Source of the DNA: Coraliomargaritaceae bacterium
Lineage (GTDB): Bacteria > Verrucomicrobiota > Verrucomicrobiia > Opitutales > Coraliomargaritaceae
Length of the DNA stretch: 64,000 nt
NCBI GenBank assembly: GCA_965656495.1
Contig: CBFHKU010000003.1
Location: forward strand, 127,803 to 191,802
Reading direction: 5' to 3'
The notes under the pieces are model-generated. The model made no database searches, was not told the origin of the DNA, and was given only the letters and a program-made list of their open reading frames with translations. Made by a program: the position numbers and the translations under genes. Positions 9,410 to 21,000 of the stretch are shown in pieces (positions within the stretch are counted from its first letter, which is position 1; every line of letters begins with the position of its first letter).

Positions 9410-10480
9410 ATGCGGTTTTCAACGGTCAGACTACAGGATTTTCGCAATATTGAATTTGCGGAATTGGATTTATCGGGGGACCGGGTATTTCTGTGCGGGC
9501 CGAACGGGCAGGGGAAGTCGAATCTCTTGGAGGGGCTGGGTCTGGTGACGGCATTGCGTTCATTTCGCACGCAGGATTTGGGGGCCTTGCGGCGCCAGGA
9601 AAGCGCGGGGTATCGGGCCTTTTACGAAATTGAACACGAGGCGCGCGGTCGGGTTGAGTTGGAGGTTCAGGCTTCCGGTGGACCCCGGTCGGTTCTGGTG
9701 GACGGCGAAAAGGTTGGGAAGATGTCGGATTACATCGGGCGTTTTCCGGTGGTGCCTCTGAGTTCGGGTGATTTGATGTTGCTGCGCGGGTCGCCGAGTG
9801 AGCGCCGCCGATTCATGGATTTGACGCTGTCTTCGCTGGACGGGGCTTATTACATGGCGTTGCGTAATTACCACAAAGGAGTGGCGGAGCGAAATCGGTT
9901 GTTGAAGCAGGGTGGTAGTGATGGGGAGTTGGATGCCTTTGAGGCGGAGATGGCGCTGCATGCGCATCGTCTGCAGGTGGAACGTGCGGCAGGGGTTAAA
10001 GCGCTGCAGGGGGTGCTGGAGCGAGTATACCGAGCTATGGCGGATCATGAGGAAGGGCCGGAGTTGAGCTACGCGGCGAATACGGAGCTCGTGGAGGCGG
10101 ATCACTACCGTGAAATGTGGGGACGCCAGCGCGAGAGGGACCGCATCATCGGGGCAACCCAAAAGGGGCCTCACCGGGATGATTTCAAATTGGGCTTATG
10201 CCTGGGTTCGGCGAGGGAATACGGATCGGATGGTCAGCAGCGCGGCTTGATCGTGGCGTTGCGGGTGGCGCAGGCGGAGTTGTTCTTGGAGCGCCTTGCG
10301 GTGATGCCGGTGCTTTTGGTGGACGATGTACTGGGCGAGCTGGATCCGAAACGACGGGCGGGTTTCTGGAAAGCCTGCCCGGGATCCTTTCAGATAATCG
10401 CTAGCGGGACCGTTTTTCCGGAAGACTCGAAAGCCTGGAAACGCTACTCAGTCGCGGCGGGTCGTTTTGAATTAGGGTAA
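9410..10480 (+). CDS. recF: DNA replication/repair protein RecF
   Basis: FRN, GPNGQGKSNLLE, ERRRFMD, GPHRDD, SDGQQR, LLVDDVLGELD. Confidence 0.95.
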   Translation: MRFSTVRLQDFRNIEFAELDLSGDRVFLCGPNGQGKSNLLEGLGLVTALRSFRTQDLGALRRQESAGYRAFYEIEHEARGRVELEVQASGGPRSVLVDGEKVGKMSDYIGRFPVVPLSSGDLMLLRGSPSERRRFMDLTLSSLDGAYYMALRNYHKGVAERNRLLKQGGSDGELDAFEAEMALHAHRLQVERAAGVKALQGVLERVYRAMADHEEGPELSYAANTELVEADHYREMWGRQRERDRIIGATQKGPHRDDFKLGLCLGSAREYGSDGQQRGLIVALRVAQAELFLERLAVMPVLLVDDVLGELDPKRRAGFWKACPGSFQIIASGTVFPEDSKAWKRYSVAAGRFELG

Positions 10481-10972
10481 GTTTAATTCCTCCACGAGGG
10501 TGAGTTCGCCGCTGGGGTCGCAGTTGGCACGCAGACCGACAAAACTGTTTTTGAATCGATCGTAGTAAGGCCAAAGGAGGGTGCGGTCGGTTTTGGGGAT
10601 GGGGAGTTCGTCAATCGCGTTGCGGGAGAAGAAAGCGAAGTGGCCTTCGTCGATGGTCGGGGGCAGTGCGTCGATGGCGCGACGGCAATCAAAGAGGAAC
10701 ATGAGCCAATGCCCGGTGCCTTCATAGCTTTTCTCGGCGATGTAGCCAAAACAGTGAAGGTCTTCGTCCATCAGTTCCAAGCCCACTTCTTCCTGGGTCT
10801 CGCGTCGGGCGCACTCGTAGGGCGACTCTCCCAGATGCATGTCCAGTTTTCCGCCGATGGGGCTCCAGCAGCCAAAATTGGGAGCTTTGCTGCGTTGAAT
10901 CAGAAGGTGCTCTCCCTTTGGGTTACGAATAAAAACCAGAACGCTGATTTTGAAGGGCAATTGGGCTGTCAT
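10472..10972 (-). CDS. NUDIX hydrolase (MutT-like)
   Basis: GGKL..GESPYECARRETQEEVGL Nudix box. Confidence 0.88.
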   Translation of the reverse strand: MTAQLPFKISVLVFIRNPKGEHLLIQRSKAPNFGCWSPIGGKLDMHLGESPYECARRETQEEVGLELMDEDLHCFGYIAEKSYEGTGHWLMFLFDCRRAIDALPPTIDEGHFAFFSRNAIDELPIPKTDRTLLWPYYDRFKNSFVGLRANCDPSGELTLVEELNLP

Positions 10973-11122
10973 GGCTCAAAGCTTTCTCATAAAAACTGCT
11001 ATGCAAGCGTTTAATGGCTTGCTTTACAAAAGGTAGTCCTTTTATTTTTCCATCTTCTATGGAATAAAGCGTAGATTGTTTACTTTTCTCACCTTTCTTT
11101 AATTAACCAATTTATATCAAAT

Positions 11123-11707
11123 ATGTTCAAAAAGCTGCTACCCCTTATAGCTTTTTTAGTCAGTTCAATTAGCCCATTGATCGCGGAGGAAGCGATTACG
11201 GTGGATCGGGTTAAGTTCAATACCGTGGGGGATCGCTGGGTGCAGGTGGAGATTGAGCTCACTTGCAATGGCAACCCCGCTCCGGATGCGGTCAACAAGG
11301 ACTACGTGGAGAAAATCAAGGTCAAGCCCTTGTTGGCGTATCGCACCAGCTCCGGAGAATATAGTTTCTACACCTCGCAGGTAGAGATCCTCATTATGGA
11401 AGCGCGGGATAAAAACACCGTCTACTTTTACATGCCCGGTCTTATTATGGAGCGGGATGAAATTCGTGGAGATCCGGAATTTCATTATGTTGAAATCTCA
11501 ATCGCGGGGCAGGTGCAGGATCCGCAGAAAGGACCTGCCATGGGGAATATCACAAGCGAGGCGATGTTAAAGAACATGCAGTCCAAGGCGGAGGCTCAAT
11601 CGGAAGCAAATAAAGATATCCTCATTCCATCTTATTATGCGCCGCTGCAATACCGTGGCGATTCCCGCAAAGAACCGGTCTATCTGCGGCGCGACCCACA
11701 GTCTTAG
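11123..11707 (+). CDS. Secreted protein, probable Amuc_1102-like pilus system component
   Basis: Signal peptide; beta-rich; first gene of a five-gene block with the same order as Akkermansia Amuc_1102-1098 (synteny-based inference). Confidence 0.6.
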   Translation: MFKKLLPLIAFLVSSISPLIAEEAITVDRVKFNTVGDRWVQVEIELTCNGNPAPDAVNKDYVEKIKVKPLLAYRTSSGEYSFYTSQVEILIMEARDKNTVYFYMPGLIMERDEIRGDPEFHYVEISIAGQVQDPQKGPAMGNITSEAMLKNMQSKAEAQSEANKDILIPSYYAPLQYRGDSRKEPVYLRRDPQS

Positions 11708-11759
11708 TCGCAGCCTTCAATCCAAGCATTTCTTAAAAAACGTTTCCAACTTTTAGTCC

Positions 11760-13424
11760 ATGAGCAATTCTTCCCGATTAATCATCAACTGCGGCGCCAG
11801 TCGTGTGACTGCTGCCAAGGTAAATGCACAGTCCGGAAACGTGAAGCTCGAGCAATTGGCGACCCACTATTTGGAAAGCGATGCCGTCACGGATGAAAAT
11901 TGGATCGACGCGGTTGGAGCCGCCCTCAAAGAACTGGCGCGTTCCAGCAACTTACAGGGCAATGCCACTTTTATTCTTCCCGGCAATCAGGTACTCACTA
12001 AGACCATCAAGATCCCCCATGTTGAGGCCGAGAAGCGGGCCCAGATAATTGCCTTTGAAGCGCAGCAAAGTATTCCCTATCCATTACACGAAGTCGTTTG
12101 GGACAGTCAGGTTATTGGTGATGATGGGATCGAGATTGAGGTGCTTTTTATCGCCTGCAAAATAGATACGATTGAAACCTTTTGCGCTGGAGTCCGGGCG
12201 GCGGGTCTCACCGCGGAAGGCATCACCGCCGCCAGTATTCTGGAATACAACCTCCTCGCCTTGGCGGACCCCGGTGCCAGCAGTGACGACCTCGTTATCA
12301 ACATCGGCGCCCGCACCACCAACCTGCTTTTCCGCAACGCCGACGGTTTCTTTGTGCGCAACCTCTCGCTCGGTGGGCAGGTCTTGAGCCAGAGCATTGC
12401 CGATAGCCTGGGTAAAACGCTGGAACAAGCCGAGGCCATCAAGCTACAATTCTATAACCGGGAAAACGAAACGCTGGAAGACAGCAACGGTGCGAAAGCT
12501 CTCACCGATAGCGCCGACGCCTTCATGCGCCGGATCTCACAGGAAGTCACTCGCTCCATCGTTAATTACCGTCGCCAAAAAAATGCACCCGCACCGGGAA
12601 GAATTCTTTTGAGCGGTCGTGGATCACAGGTGCGTGGCCTTGCGGAATTCCTGCACAACAGCCAAAAGGTTCCGGTTGAACGGCTTGACCCCCTTGAACA
12701 CGTGACCGTCGAGGCCGGCGTCACCGAAGAACCGGAAACCCTACGCGTCCTCCTGCCGCAGATTGTCGGTGAGGCATGCCGCCCCTTGATCGAGAATGGC
12801 GCCGGGGTAAACCTCCTCCCCGAAGCGGTGCAGGACGCAATGCGTTTTGCCAAGCAGAAACCCCTCCTGATGGCGGCGGCGGTTTGTTTGGCACTGGCTC
12901 CCTGGCCCGCTTGGAAAGTCTTTAACGATAAAGTAGCGGCCTGCGATTCCCGGATCGCGGAATTGCGCAGCGTCGCGGCGCCCTACCTTGAACGCAAGAC
13001 AGAGATCGAGCAAAACATCCAAAAAACGGAAGCGGTCAAGGATTCCATCGAGCGGGTTGAAGGCTTGGTGCAATCCAAGAGTAATTGGATTCAATTCTTT
13101 GCCGAGATGCAGGAAAGCATGACAAGCGCCGAGGACGTCTGGCTCGATGATTTAAAAGTCATACGCGAAGCAAAGGACGGCACCTCCAGTTACGAAGTCG
13201 CACTCGAAGGACAGATGCTTGTGCGTGAAACCGCCAACGGGTCTGCGGGTTTGGATCGCGACGTGCTGACGCGGCGCATTCGCAGCCTGATTTCCAGCCT
13301 TGAGACCTCCGCATTTATAGTGGATTCCAAGCCGCCCCGGATTCGCTGGTCCATGCTCAATGAAGGACTCAATGTTCTGCCTTTTGAAATCAAACTGGTT
13401 GTCGATCCGACCAAGCCCCTTTAG
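11760..13424 (+). CDS. PilM-like actin-fold protein fused to a PilN-like TM/periplasmic part (Amuc_1101-like)
   Basis: IAFEAQQSIPYPLHEVVWD, INIGARTTNL, ILLSGRGS, then VNLLP, a TM segment and a coiled coil. Confidence 0.85.
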   Translation: MSNSSRLIINCGASRVTAAKVNAQSGNVKLEQLATHYLESDAVTDENWIDAVGAALKELARSSNLQGNATFILPGNQVLTKTIKIPHVEAEKRAQIIAFEAQQSIPYPLHEVVWDSQVIGDDGIEIEVLFIACKIDTIETFCAGVRAAGLTAEGITAASILEYNLLALADPGASSDDLVINIGARTTNLLFRNADGFFVRNLSLGGQVLSQSIADSLGKTLEQAEAIKLQFYNRENETLEDSNGAKALTDSADAFMRRISQEVTRSIVNYRRQKNAPAPGRILLSGRGSQVRGLAEFLHNSQKVPVERLDPLEHVTVEAGVTEEPETLRVLLPQIVGEACRPLIENGAGVNLLPEAVQDAMRFAKQKPLLMAAAVCLALAPWPAWKVFNDKVAACDSRIAELRSVAAPYLERKTEIEQNIQKTEAVKDSIERVEGLVQSKSNWIQFFAEMQESMTSAEDVWLDDLKVIREAKDGTSSYEVALEGQMLVRETANGSAGLDRDVLTRRIRSLISSLETSAFIVDSKPPRIRWSMLNEGLNVLPFEIKLVVDPTKPL

Positions 13425-13429
13425 TTCCA

Positions 13430-14428
13430 ATGGATAGCATTAAGAAAAATCCGGTTTTTGCGGCAGTGATGCTCGTTTGCCTACTCGTCTTTTTGGCGGG
13501 GGCGGCACTTGCCTTTATGGCAGCGGGTGCAGTTGCCAAATCTGACAAAAAATTGCAAAGCGCGGAGCGTGGCCTCGAGGCGGCGCATCGCGGAGACCCG
13601 GCACCCTCGCAGGATAGCGTGGAGGCCTCCGCTCAAAACCTCGAAGCTTTGGTAGAGCAATTGAAACGCATTCGCACGGACCTCGAGCGCGGTGCCAGTC
13701 TCGTACTCTCCAATGACGGCGTGGTCGTCATGGCATCCATCCAGCAATTCATCAGCGAGGCAAATTCCAAGCTGAAGGCGCACCAACACATGAACAGTGC
13801 CACCGAAACAATGGAGGCGGCTCCCATCAGCACCCGCGACGGTTTCGCATACGGCTTTGATGCGTATGCCGATGCCGCCACTATCCCCGCCGATCCCCGA
13901 GTGGTTCCTTTGCTCGACAAACAACGTCAGATTCTAGGTGTCCTCGTCGATAAACTCATCGCGGCGCATCCACAGTCCATTGAACTCATGGAGCGCGAGG
14001 CGCTCGAAGCGACCGGGCCGGCAGAAAGAATTCCGGGCACCTTTGAGATTGATCCCGCCGCTACCGCGCGCGTGCCCGATGCCATTGAGACCCTCGCCTT
14101 TCGCGTCAGCTTCAAGGGTTACACCGAATCGCTCCGTCTCTTCCTGAATGAACTGGCGAAATTCGACCTGCCGATCGTGGTCCGCAGTGTGGAAGTCGAA
14201 CGCCCTGCCGGAAGCGATACAGTGGATGCCAAACAGGCGGAGAAAAAAGACAGCCTGGAGTCCATCTTCGGGGTTTTCGGGATGGAGGATGCCGCTGAGG
14301 AGGAAGCACAGCCTGAGGCTCAAAAGCCCGTCATTACCGACAACATTTCCACCTTCACCCTGCTGCTTGAATTTATTGAAGTCGTCTTGCCTGCCGAAAC
14401 CCAAACTGAGGAAGGAGATGCCGCTTAA
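13430..14428 (+). CDS. PilO-like / Amuc_1100-family pilus-associated protein
   Basis: N-terminal TM plus coiled coil; FRVSFKGYTESLRLFLNEL ferredoxin-like PilO/GspM pattern; synteny. Confidence 0.7.
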   Translation: MDSIKKNPVFAAVMLVCLLVFLAGAALAFMAAGAVAKSDKKLQSAERGLEAAHRGDPAPSQDSVEASAQNLEALVEQLKRIRTDLERGASLVLSNDGVVVMASIQQFISEANSKLKAHQHMNSATETMEAAPISTRDGFAYGFDAYADAATIPADPRVVPLLDKQRQILGVLVDKLIAAHPQSIELMEREALEATGPAERIPGTFEIDPAATARVPDAIETLAFRVSFKGYTESLRLFLNELAKFDLPIVVRSVEVERPAGSDTVDAKQAEKKDSLESIFGVFGMEDAAEEEAQPEAQKPVITDNISTFTLLLEFIEVVLPAETQTEEGDAA

Positions 14429-14433
14429 ACGCC

Positions 14434-15333
14434 ATGAATCGCTCCTACGATAAAATTCTTTTAGTCGTCGGTCTGTTGGCGCTTGTTGCCAGCACCCTCT
14501 TTTATTTTCTCAGCGGTTCTCCGCAGGCCGCGGAATCCGTCCCGCCGGTTGAGCCGGTTGGCGCTCTCTATGCGCCGATACCCACTCCGAAAATGACATT
14601 GGTCGATGCCGTCTGGCCGGAAGCCGGCGAGCAATCCACCGGATGGATCTACGATGTCTTCACCCCGCCGAAAATTTATATCAACCTCGAGACCGGTGAA
14701 TGGGTCAGCGAGGGCTGGAAGCCGCCTCCGCCACCCGAGCCCTTTGGTCTCTATCTCGCAGAATTGGAACGGGCGCGTTACCGCATTCAATTGTTGGGTT
14801 ATATTGAAGAGGATTTCAAGGACGCCAGTAAGAGCCTTCTTTTGATGGTGGATCTGGAATCAGACAAAAACCTGCGGGTGCGGGTCGGCGAATCCGTTGA
14901 AGCGAGTGACTTTGAAGTCATTGATTTTAGCATCGAACGCGTATTCGGCGACGACGGCAGTATCACCAAGCGTGCCACCGCTACTATTATGGATTCGCGC
15001 AGTGGTGAAACGCTTGAGCTGACTCACGGTCAGCCCCTCTATACCGATGGGGTAGTGATTCTACTGCGTTCTGAAGAAGATCCTGCGCTCGAATGGCGTC
15101 CCGAAGCGGTTGGGGCTACCCTTCAAAATGAACGCGGCAGCTACAACCTTGCGGGCATTGATTTCGAGGCCGCAACTTTAACGATAGAAAAGACTTACCC
15201 CGATAGTGAGCGTGAAGCCGAGACTCAAACCCTTGCGGTTCAAGTAGCGGACAGCACCGATGCCATCGAAACAGAAAATAACGAATCCGCCGACGCGGAA
15301 CCTGAAACCACCGTCTTTGACGGAATGTTCTAA
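14434..15333 (+). CDS. Amuc_1099-like pilus system protein
   Basis: N-terminal YDKILL plus TM anchor; Pro-rich; lies directly before the secretin. Confidence 0.6.
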   Translation: MNRSYDKILLVVGLLALVASTLFYFLSGSPQAAESVPPVEPVGALYAPIPTPKMTLVDAVWPEAGEQSTGWIYDVFTPPKIYINLETGEWVSEGWKPPPPPEPFGLYLAELERARYRIQLLGYIEEDFKDASKSLLLMVDLESDKNLRVRVGESVEASDFEVIDFSIERVFGDDGSITKRATATIMDSRSGETLELTHGQPLYTDGVVILLRSEEDPALEWRPEAVGATLQNERGSYNLAGIDFEAATLTIEKTYPDSEREAETQTLAVQVADSTDAIETENNESADAEPETTVFDGMF

Positions 15334-15387
15334 AATATACAAAAAACATAATTGCCTCTCATTCATCTTTAAACGCTAATTCAAATT

Positions 15388-17967
15388 ATGAAAAAATACG
15401 TCCTCGCTAAAAAAAGCCTGCTCGCGGTCCTTATGGCCGGTCTGATGACGGCATCATTCATTTCCTTACCCAGCGCAGCCATTGCGCAAAGTGCGTCTGA
15501 AAAGGTCCGCATCATGGCAGAGGCCTTGCGTGCCCGCGATTCAGGTAATCTTGCTCTGGCTAAGGAGAAAGCGGAGGAGCTCATACGCCTCGTGCCGAAT
15601 GACACCAACGCCCAGCGCGTCCTGGCATCCATCAACAGCGAGATGGAGCGCCGTGATTCCGGTGAAGCTCTCTATGGAGCGACCACCTTGCCTGCCAACG
15701 CCGCTGAGGCGGATGCCGGTTCGGTTGCGCTTGCCGCGCAAGCCGAAGCCGATCGCCTTGCCGAGGAAGCCGTTGCCGCACAGGAAGCGGAACGCCTTGC
15801 CGCCAAGGCCCGCACCGAAGCACTCCTCAAGGAAGCCAAATCGCTTGAGTCCGCAGGGGACTACGAAGGGGCCCGCGCTCAGCTCGATGAATATTTTGCT
15901 GCAGGCGCCAATTCCCGCACCGCCCGCAATCTTGATGCCAAACTCGAGCGGATTGCCAACTCGCCCGCTGGAGTTGAAATGGCTGAAGTCAGCCCCAAGT
16001 TTGTTGCTGACAGCGAAATTGTTGAGGATCTCCTTCTTAAAGGCCGCGCCCAATTCCTGAACGGTGACTACGATGGCGCTGCTGCTACTTTCAAGGAAGT
16101 CGAGGCCCGCGCTCCCAACAATTCCGAGGCGAAGCTCTACTCTCAGCGCATCGCCCAAGTGGTGAGCGCGATTCATAAAGCCAATCTCTACAAGACCCGT
16201 GAGCAAATGCTAGCGGAGGTCGATCAGCAGTGGGAGCGCCCCAAGGTCTTTGACATCTCCGCCTCCGACGCCGCTGCCGATGGCGGTGACAGCAGCACCC
16301 AACGCAAGCTCAACAGCATCGTTATTCCTCAGGTTAACTTCTCCGGAATGGAGCTCACCCGTGTGATTGAGACCCTCTCGGAACTTTCCCTGCAATACGA
16401 TCCCGCCGGCGAGGGCGTCAATATCGTGGTGCTCTTTAACCCAAACAACACCAACCCCAGCGTCAATATCAGTCTCCGCAACCTCAGCCTCGACCGCATT
16501 CTTCAGTTCGTCACCCAGCAGGTCAATTTCACCTATGAGGTCGGTTCGGATGCGGTCACGGTGGCACCCAGCTTCGGCCCGGAAGGCGGTCAAAGCACTG
16601 TCACAGAGTTCTTCCCCATCTCGGCAGGTACCGTGATCCGCCTCACCGGTTTTGGTGACAGCGCCGCTTCCGCCGGGCCGGTTGATCCCTTTGCGCCGGT
16701 CGCAAGTTCGAGCAGCGGTCCTTCTGCCAACGAAAAGACCGAAGCCCTGCAGTCCTTCTTCCAGCGCGCCGGGGTGAATTTCGAGCTTCCCGGAGCGAGC
16801 CTTGCCTTTGACGGCGAACAGCTCATCGTGACCCAGACCCGCCAAAACCTCGACCGGATGCGCGCCATTCTTCGTAATTACAGCGAGGTCAAGCAGGTCG
16901 AAATCGAGGCGAAATTCCTTGAAGTCGCCCAAAGCGATCTCGAGGAGCTCGGCTTCAACTGGAAGGTTACTCAAGGAGGCTCTACCGTCGCGGATTTAGG
17001 GCTACGATCCATTAATTCAGCATTCTCAGTAGATACAAACACTAGTAGTATCAGCATCAATCGCCCCGCTAACATAGAAAGAGACGGCTTTGGAAGCGTA
17101 GTGTCAGAGACTGAAGAACTGAATTTAGTAGCTCCGGTTACTCCGCCTGTATTGCCGCAAGCTCTGGATTACGCTTCGAATGTGACTGCCAGCGCTTTTA
17201 GTAAGACCGGCCTAATACAATTCAATAATTATGACTTGGATCTGGCGATTCGCGCGCTCTCGCGGAAGACCGGTAGTGATTTAATGAGCGCCCCCAAAGT
17301 GACCGTCCTCTCTGGTAAGCGAGCCACTATTACGGTTGCGCAAGAACTTCGTTATCCTGAAAGTTATGGAGATATAGAAGCGCCTCCGCCTCAATCATCT
17401 CGAGATGGAACAGGCAGTGGCTCCATCGCCATCACAGCCGGTACTCCTGAGGATTTTACTGTTCGCAATGTGGGTGTGGAGTTGGCCGTGACTCCAAATG
17501 TGGAAAATGACGACACCATAAGCCTCGTGCTTGAACCCAAGGTCACCGAGTTTGAAGGATTCGTAGAATATGGTGGTCCCAGTGTGGCTGTTACCGGCGA
17601 TACTACCGTTACGGTGCCATCTGGATTCTTCCAGCCGATCTTCTCGACTCGAGAAATTTCCACGGAGGTGACTATTTTTGATGGTGCGACTCTCGTGATG
17701 GGTGGCCTCACCCGCGATGAGGTCAAGAGCGTGAACGACAAGGTGCCGGTGCTCGGTGACATCCCGGGCGTGGGTCGTCTCTTCCGCTCGGAGGGCGAGA
17801 CCCGCCAGAAGCGCAATCTCCTCATCTTTGTGACTGCAAATCTTGTGAGCCCCGGCGGTTCGCTATCTCGCCAGAGCTATGACAACGCCAAAGCTAACGA
17901 ACTCTTTCAAAATCCAATTATCATGACCCCTTCAGGAGCGGTCAACCGCACCATAGAAGATAACTAA
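15388..17967 (+). CDS. Secretin (PilQ/GspD family, Amuc_1098-like) with N-terminal TPR-like region
   Basis: QVEIEAKFLEV..LEELGFNW, LMSAPKVTVLSG, VGVELAVTP, DGATLVMGGL, KVPVLGDIPGVGRLFRS, LLIFVT. Confidence 0.93.
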   Translation: MKKYVLAKKSLLAVLMAGLMTASFISLPSAAIAQSASEKVRIMAEALRARDSGNLALAKEKAEELIRLVPNDTNAQRVLASINSEMERRDSGEALYGATTLPANAAEADAGSVALAAQAEADRLAEEAVAAQEAERLAAKARTEALLKEAKSLESAGDYEGARAQLDEYFAAGANSRTARNLDAKLERIANSPAGVEMAEVSPKFVADSEIVEDLLLKGRAQFLNGDYDGAAATFKEVEARAPNNSEAKLYSQRIAQVVSAIHKANLYKTREQMLAEVDQQWERPKVFDISASDAAADGGDSSTQRKLNSIVIPQVNFSGMELTRVIETLSELSLQYDPAGEGVNIVVLFNPNNTNPSVNISLRNLSLDRILQFVTQQVNFTYEVGSDAVTVAPSFGPEGGQSTVTEFFPISAGTVIRLTGFGDSAASAGPVDPFAPVASSSSGPSANEKTEALQSFFQRAGVNFELPGASLAFDGEQLIVTQTRQNLDRMRAILRNYSEVKQVEIEAKFLEVAQSDLEELGFNWKVTQGGSTVADLGLRSINSAFSVDTNTSSISINRPANIERDGFGSVVSETEELNLVAPVTPPVLPQALDYASNVTASAFSKTGLIQFNNYDLDLAIRALSRKTGSDLMSAPKVTVLSGKRATITVAQELRYPESYGDIEAPPPQSSRDGTGSGSIAITAGTPEDFTVRNVGVELAVTPNVENDDTISLVLEPKVTEFEGFVEYGGPSVAVTGDTTVTVPSGFFQPIFSTREISTEVTIFDGATLVMGGLTRDEVKSVNDKVPVLGDIPGVGRLFRSEGETRQKRNLLIFVTANLVSPGGSLSRQSYDNAKANELFQNPIIMTPSGAVNRTIEDN

Positions 17968-17991
17968 TCATAGGAATCTTTTTGAAAATAA

Positions 17992-18027
17992 AGCCCTTCT
18001 GGCTTTGGTCAGGGGGCTCCTGTTTTT
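17992..18027 (+). terminator. Probable intrinsic terminator after the secretin
   Basis: Imperfect stem AGCCCTTCTGGC/GTCAGGGGGCT followed by CCTGTTTTT. Confidence 0.5.
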
Positions 18028-18068
18028 ATCTTTGAAATAAAAAGTTATGTAGGTATAATGTATTTAAT

Positions 18069-21000
18069 ATGAAATTTAAAAAATATCATTTCGGGGTTTT
18101 CTCTATTTTATTGATCGCAATCTTTGTTGTCAGCTTATCCCTTTTTGAAAATTCCAATGATCTGCAAAAAGACTCAGGCGAGAGCACACAATCCTCGAGC
18201 ACTTTGCCAAATGAAAATTCAGAAAATGAATGGAATGAGGCTGGGACATCGAATTTAAAGCCAGTGACAGCAGACAATGATGCGCTGACAGATGAAAGTC
18301 CCGAGTTTGAGAAGCTTGTCACAAATCCCCTTGAGGTTGCGCGTAAACGGTGGTTGGAGGAGAAAATTATCAATAAAAGTGAGGATAATGGCTACTATCG
18401 CACTACCTTTTACAAAGCTCATGATTTTAAATATTCGAAGATACGTGTTGATGAAACTTACGACTTAAACCCTGATACAAATTCGGAGGCGCGATTACTT
18501 TCACGCGCTGCGTATGTGGCCGACCATTTTCTTATTCGACTCCGCAAAGATCAGGAAGGCCTTGTCGATGCAATGCTGGCAAAATTTCCGGAACTTAAAA
18601 TACGAAAAGAACTCGATACAAATGAGCACGTGTTGCTGGAGTTTGACTTAAATCACTATGACATTGATCTCTTTAACTTTTGGTCGGCGCGGCTTCGCGC
18701 CTACGGACTAAATGCGGAGAAGGATTTTATCACTAGTGCTTCGCAGGCCACACCTTTTGATCCTGGTTTTGCCCAGCAATGGGCACTGCATAATACCGGT
18801 CAGGATGGTGGTACTGACGATGCAGACATTGATGCGATCGAAGCATGGGAAATACAACAAGGCAGCTCTGACGTCATTGTCGCTGTGCTGGATAGCGGTG
18901 TTGATTTGGATCATGTGGATCTTGTCACCAATCTTTGGACTACAACGGTAAACGGAAACATCATACGTGGTTACGATTTTGTGAATGGTGGCACCAATCC
19001 AGAAGACGATCACAATGCAGGGCACGGCACCCATGTGGCGGGTATTATAGGTGCTAAGCCGAATAATTCACGCGGCATTGCCGGAGTAAACTGGAATGTT
19101 CGAATCATGCCGATTAAGGTGTTAAATGCGAACAATGTAGGGACTACTTCTGATGTAATCGCTGGTATCAACCGAGCGGTCCTATCCGGAGCTAATATTA
19201 TCAATATGTCTTTGGGTAGTGTTGGCCCGGGGAGTAATGATGATTCGGATTCTTACTATTACGCTTTAAAACAAGCGCGTGACCATAATGAAAATGGGAT
19301 TCTCGTAGTGGCTTCCGCAGGAAATGGTAATGGCTCCGACAATGACACTTTTCCCAGATATCCCGCTTCTTATGATTTAAACAACATCATTGCAGTGGGT
19401 TCATCGGATGATGATGATGCTATGGCTGGGCATTCAAATATTGGCGCGACATCCGTAGATCTCGTCGCACCGGGCGAAGAGATCTACAGTACGCTACCAA
19501 ACAACGAGTATGGCGATTTGACTGGCACCTCGATGGCGGCTCCTCATGTCGCCGGTGCGGCGGCTTTACTCCTGGCGGAAGACCCAAATCAGAGCTACGA
19601 GGATTTGCGCACACGCATTTTGAATTCAGTTGATAAGAAAGATGCTTTTAAGGATGTCACGGTGACGGGGGGTCGCTTAAATTTAAATAATGCATTAGCC
19701 GCTTATGGCGGCGCGCAGGTACAAGCAACAAATATCATTTTAACGCCACTTGGTAATAATGATGACTTTTGGACCGAAGGGGAGCCGTTGCAGATAGATG
19801 TTGGTATTAAAAACTTTGGTGGTGGTAACGCGACCAACATTGTGATGAATCTGGAGATTACTCAGGGAGGTAATTATGCGACCATAACATCAGCTGCTAC
19901 CTCGCCCATTAACAGTATAGCAAACATGGCACCTAACCAAGAGGCCTACCTCTCAGATGCATTCCAGTTGACTGCAGGCAATTTAGGGGACTTTGATTTC
20001 GAGCAGGAGGTTGAGATAAAGCTCACGATAAGTTGCACCGGTGGTCTAAGTACAATAGCGTATAAAGACGCTGTGATATACCAGACTGCTTCACTTTCTG
20101 GATATGTCTTCGATGGTGAAGATGGGACTACGCCCATCGCTGGCGCTACCGTTAAATTGAGTGCGAATTTATCAGCGCTGGGAAATATTGAACTTGAGGA
20201 AGAGACTGCAGCTGACGGATCCTACAATTTTTCACTATTCACAGGCTTGGTTTCTGTGAACGTTGAGGCCGTTGATTATGAGACTTCTGCCACCAAGGTG
20301 TTCGACTTAACGCCAGCGGATCCAGACCAAACGCATAACTTTGAACTAGGGGTGAGTCGCTTTGCGGTGCGTACCCCAACCATTGAACTCACGATTCCGC
20401 GCGAGACGACGCAGCGTGTCCCTGCATTGATCGAAAATACCGGGACATCGCCAGTGCCACTTTTCTTTAATTCGCAAGTTTCAGAGTCTAACAACTTTTA
20501 TATTGGTCAGCAGCTTTTTGGATTGAAGGGAGTCGGCACAAACACACCCACTTTGGTTTTGATTAATCAATATTCATTGCAAGCAAGCGAGGAGATTTCT
20601 TTAAATCTGCCCGATGGCCATTTCGCTGTTGATGTAACATATTTTCAGGGTGGCGTCTGGATCTTGACTACGAGTGATACTGGAGCTGCTGCTCTGGTCG
20701 AGTATAGCGGAGAAGATTTTACATTTTTGCGGCAAGTTGATTTGGATATCGCCAATACGAGTGCGGTCTCAATCGAGGGATTACTGACGATTCCCTTCCC
20801 GGATACGGATGCCGAGAGCGGAAGGACGGAAGTTTTGGGGCTCCTTGTACGTCGAAGGCTCTTCTTTTTTGATCCTTTTCTCTACCGCGTGAACCCCGGT
20901 GCCATTGATAGGGCAGATCTCACTATTTCTGTTGCTGAAGTAAATGTTAATTTCCTAATTTTCGGCGATAGAAGCTTCTATTTCGGAGCCTATGGCGGCG

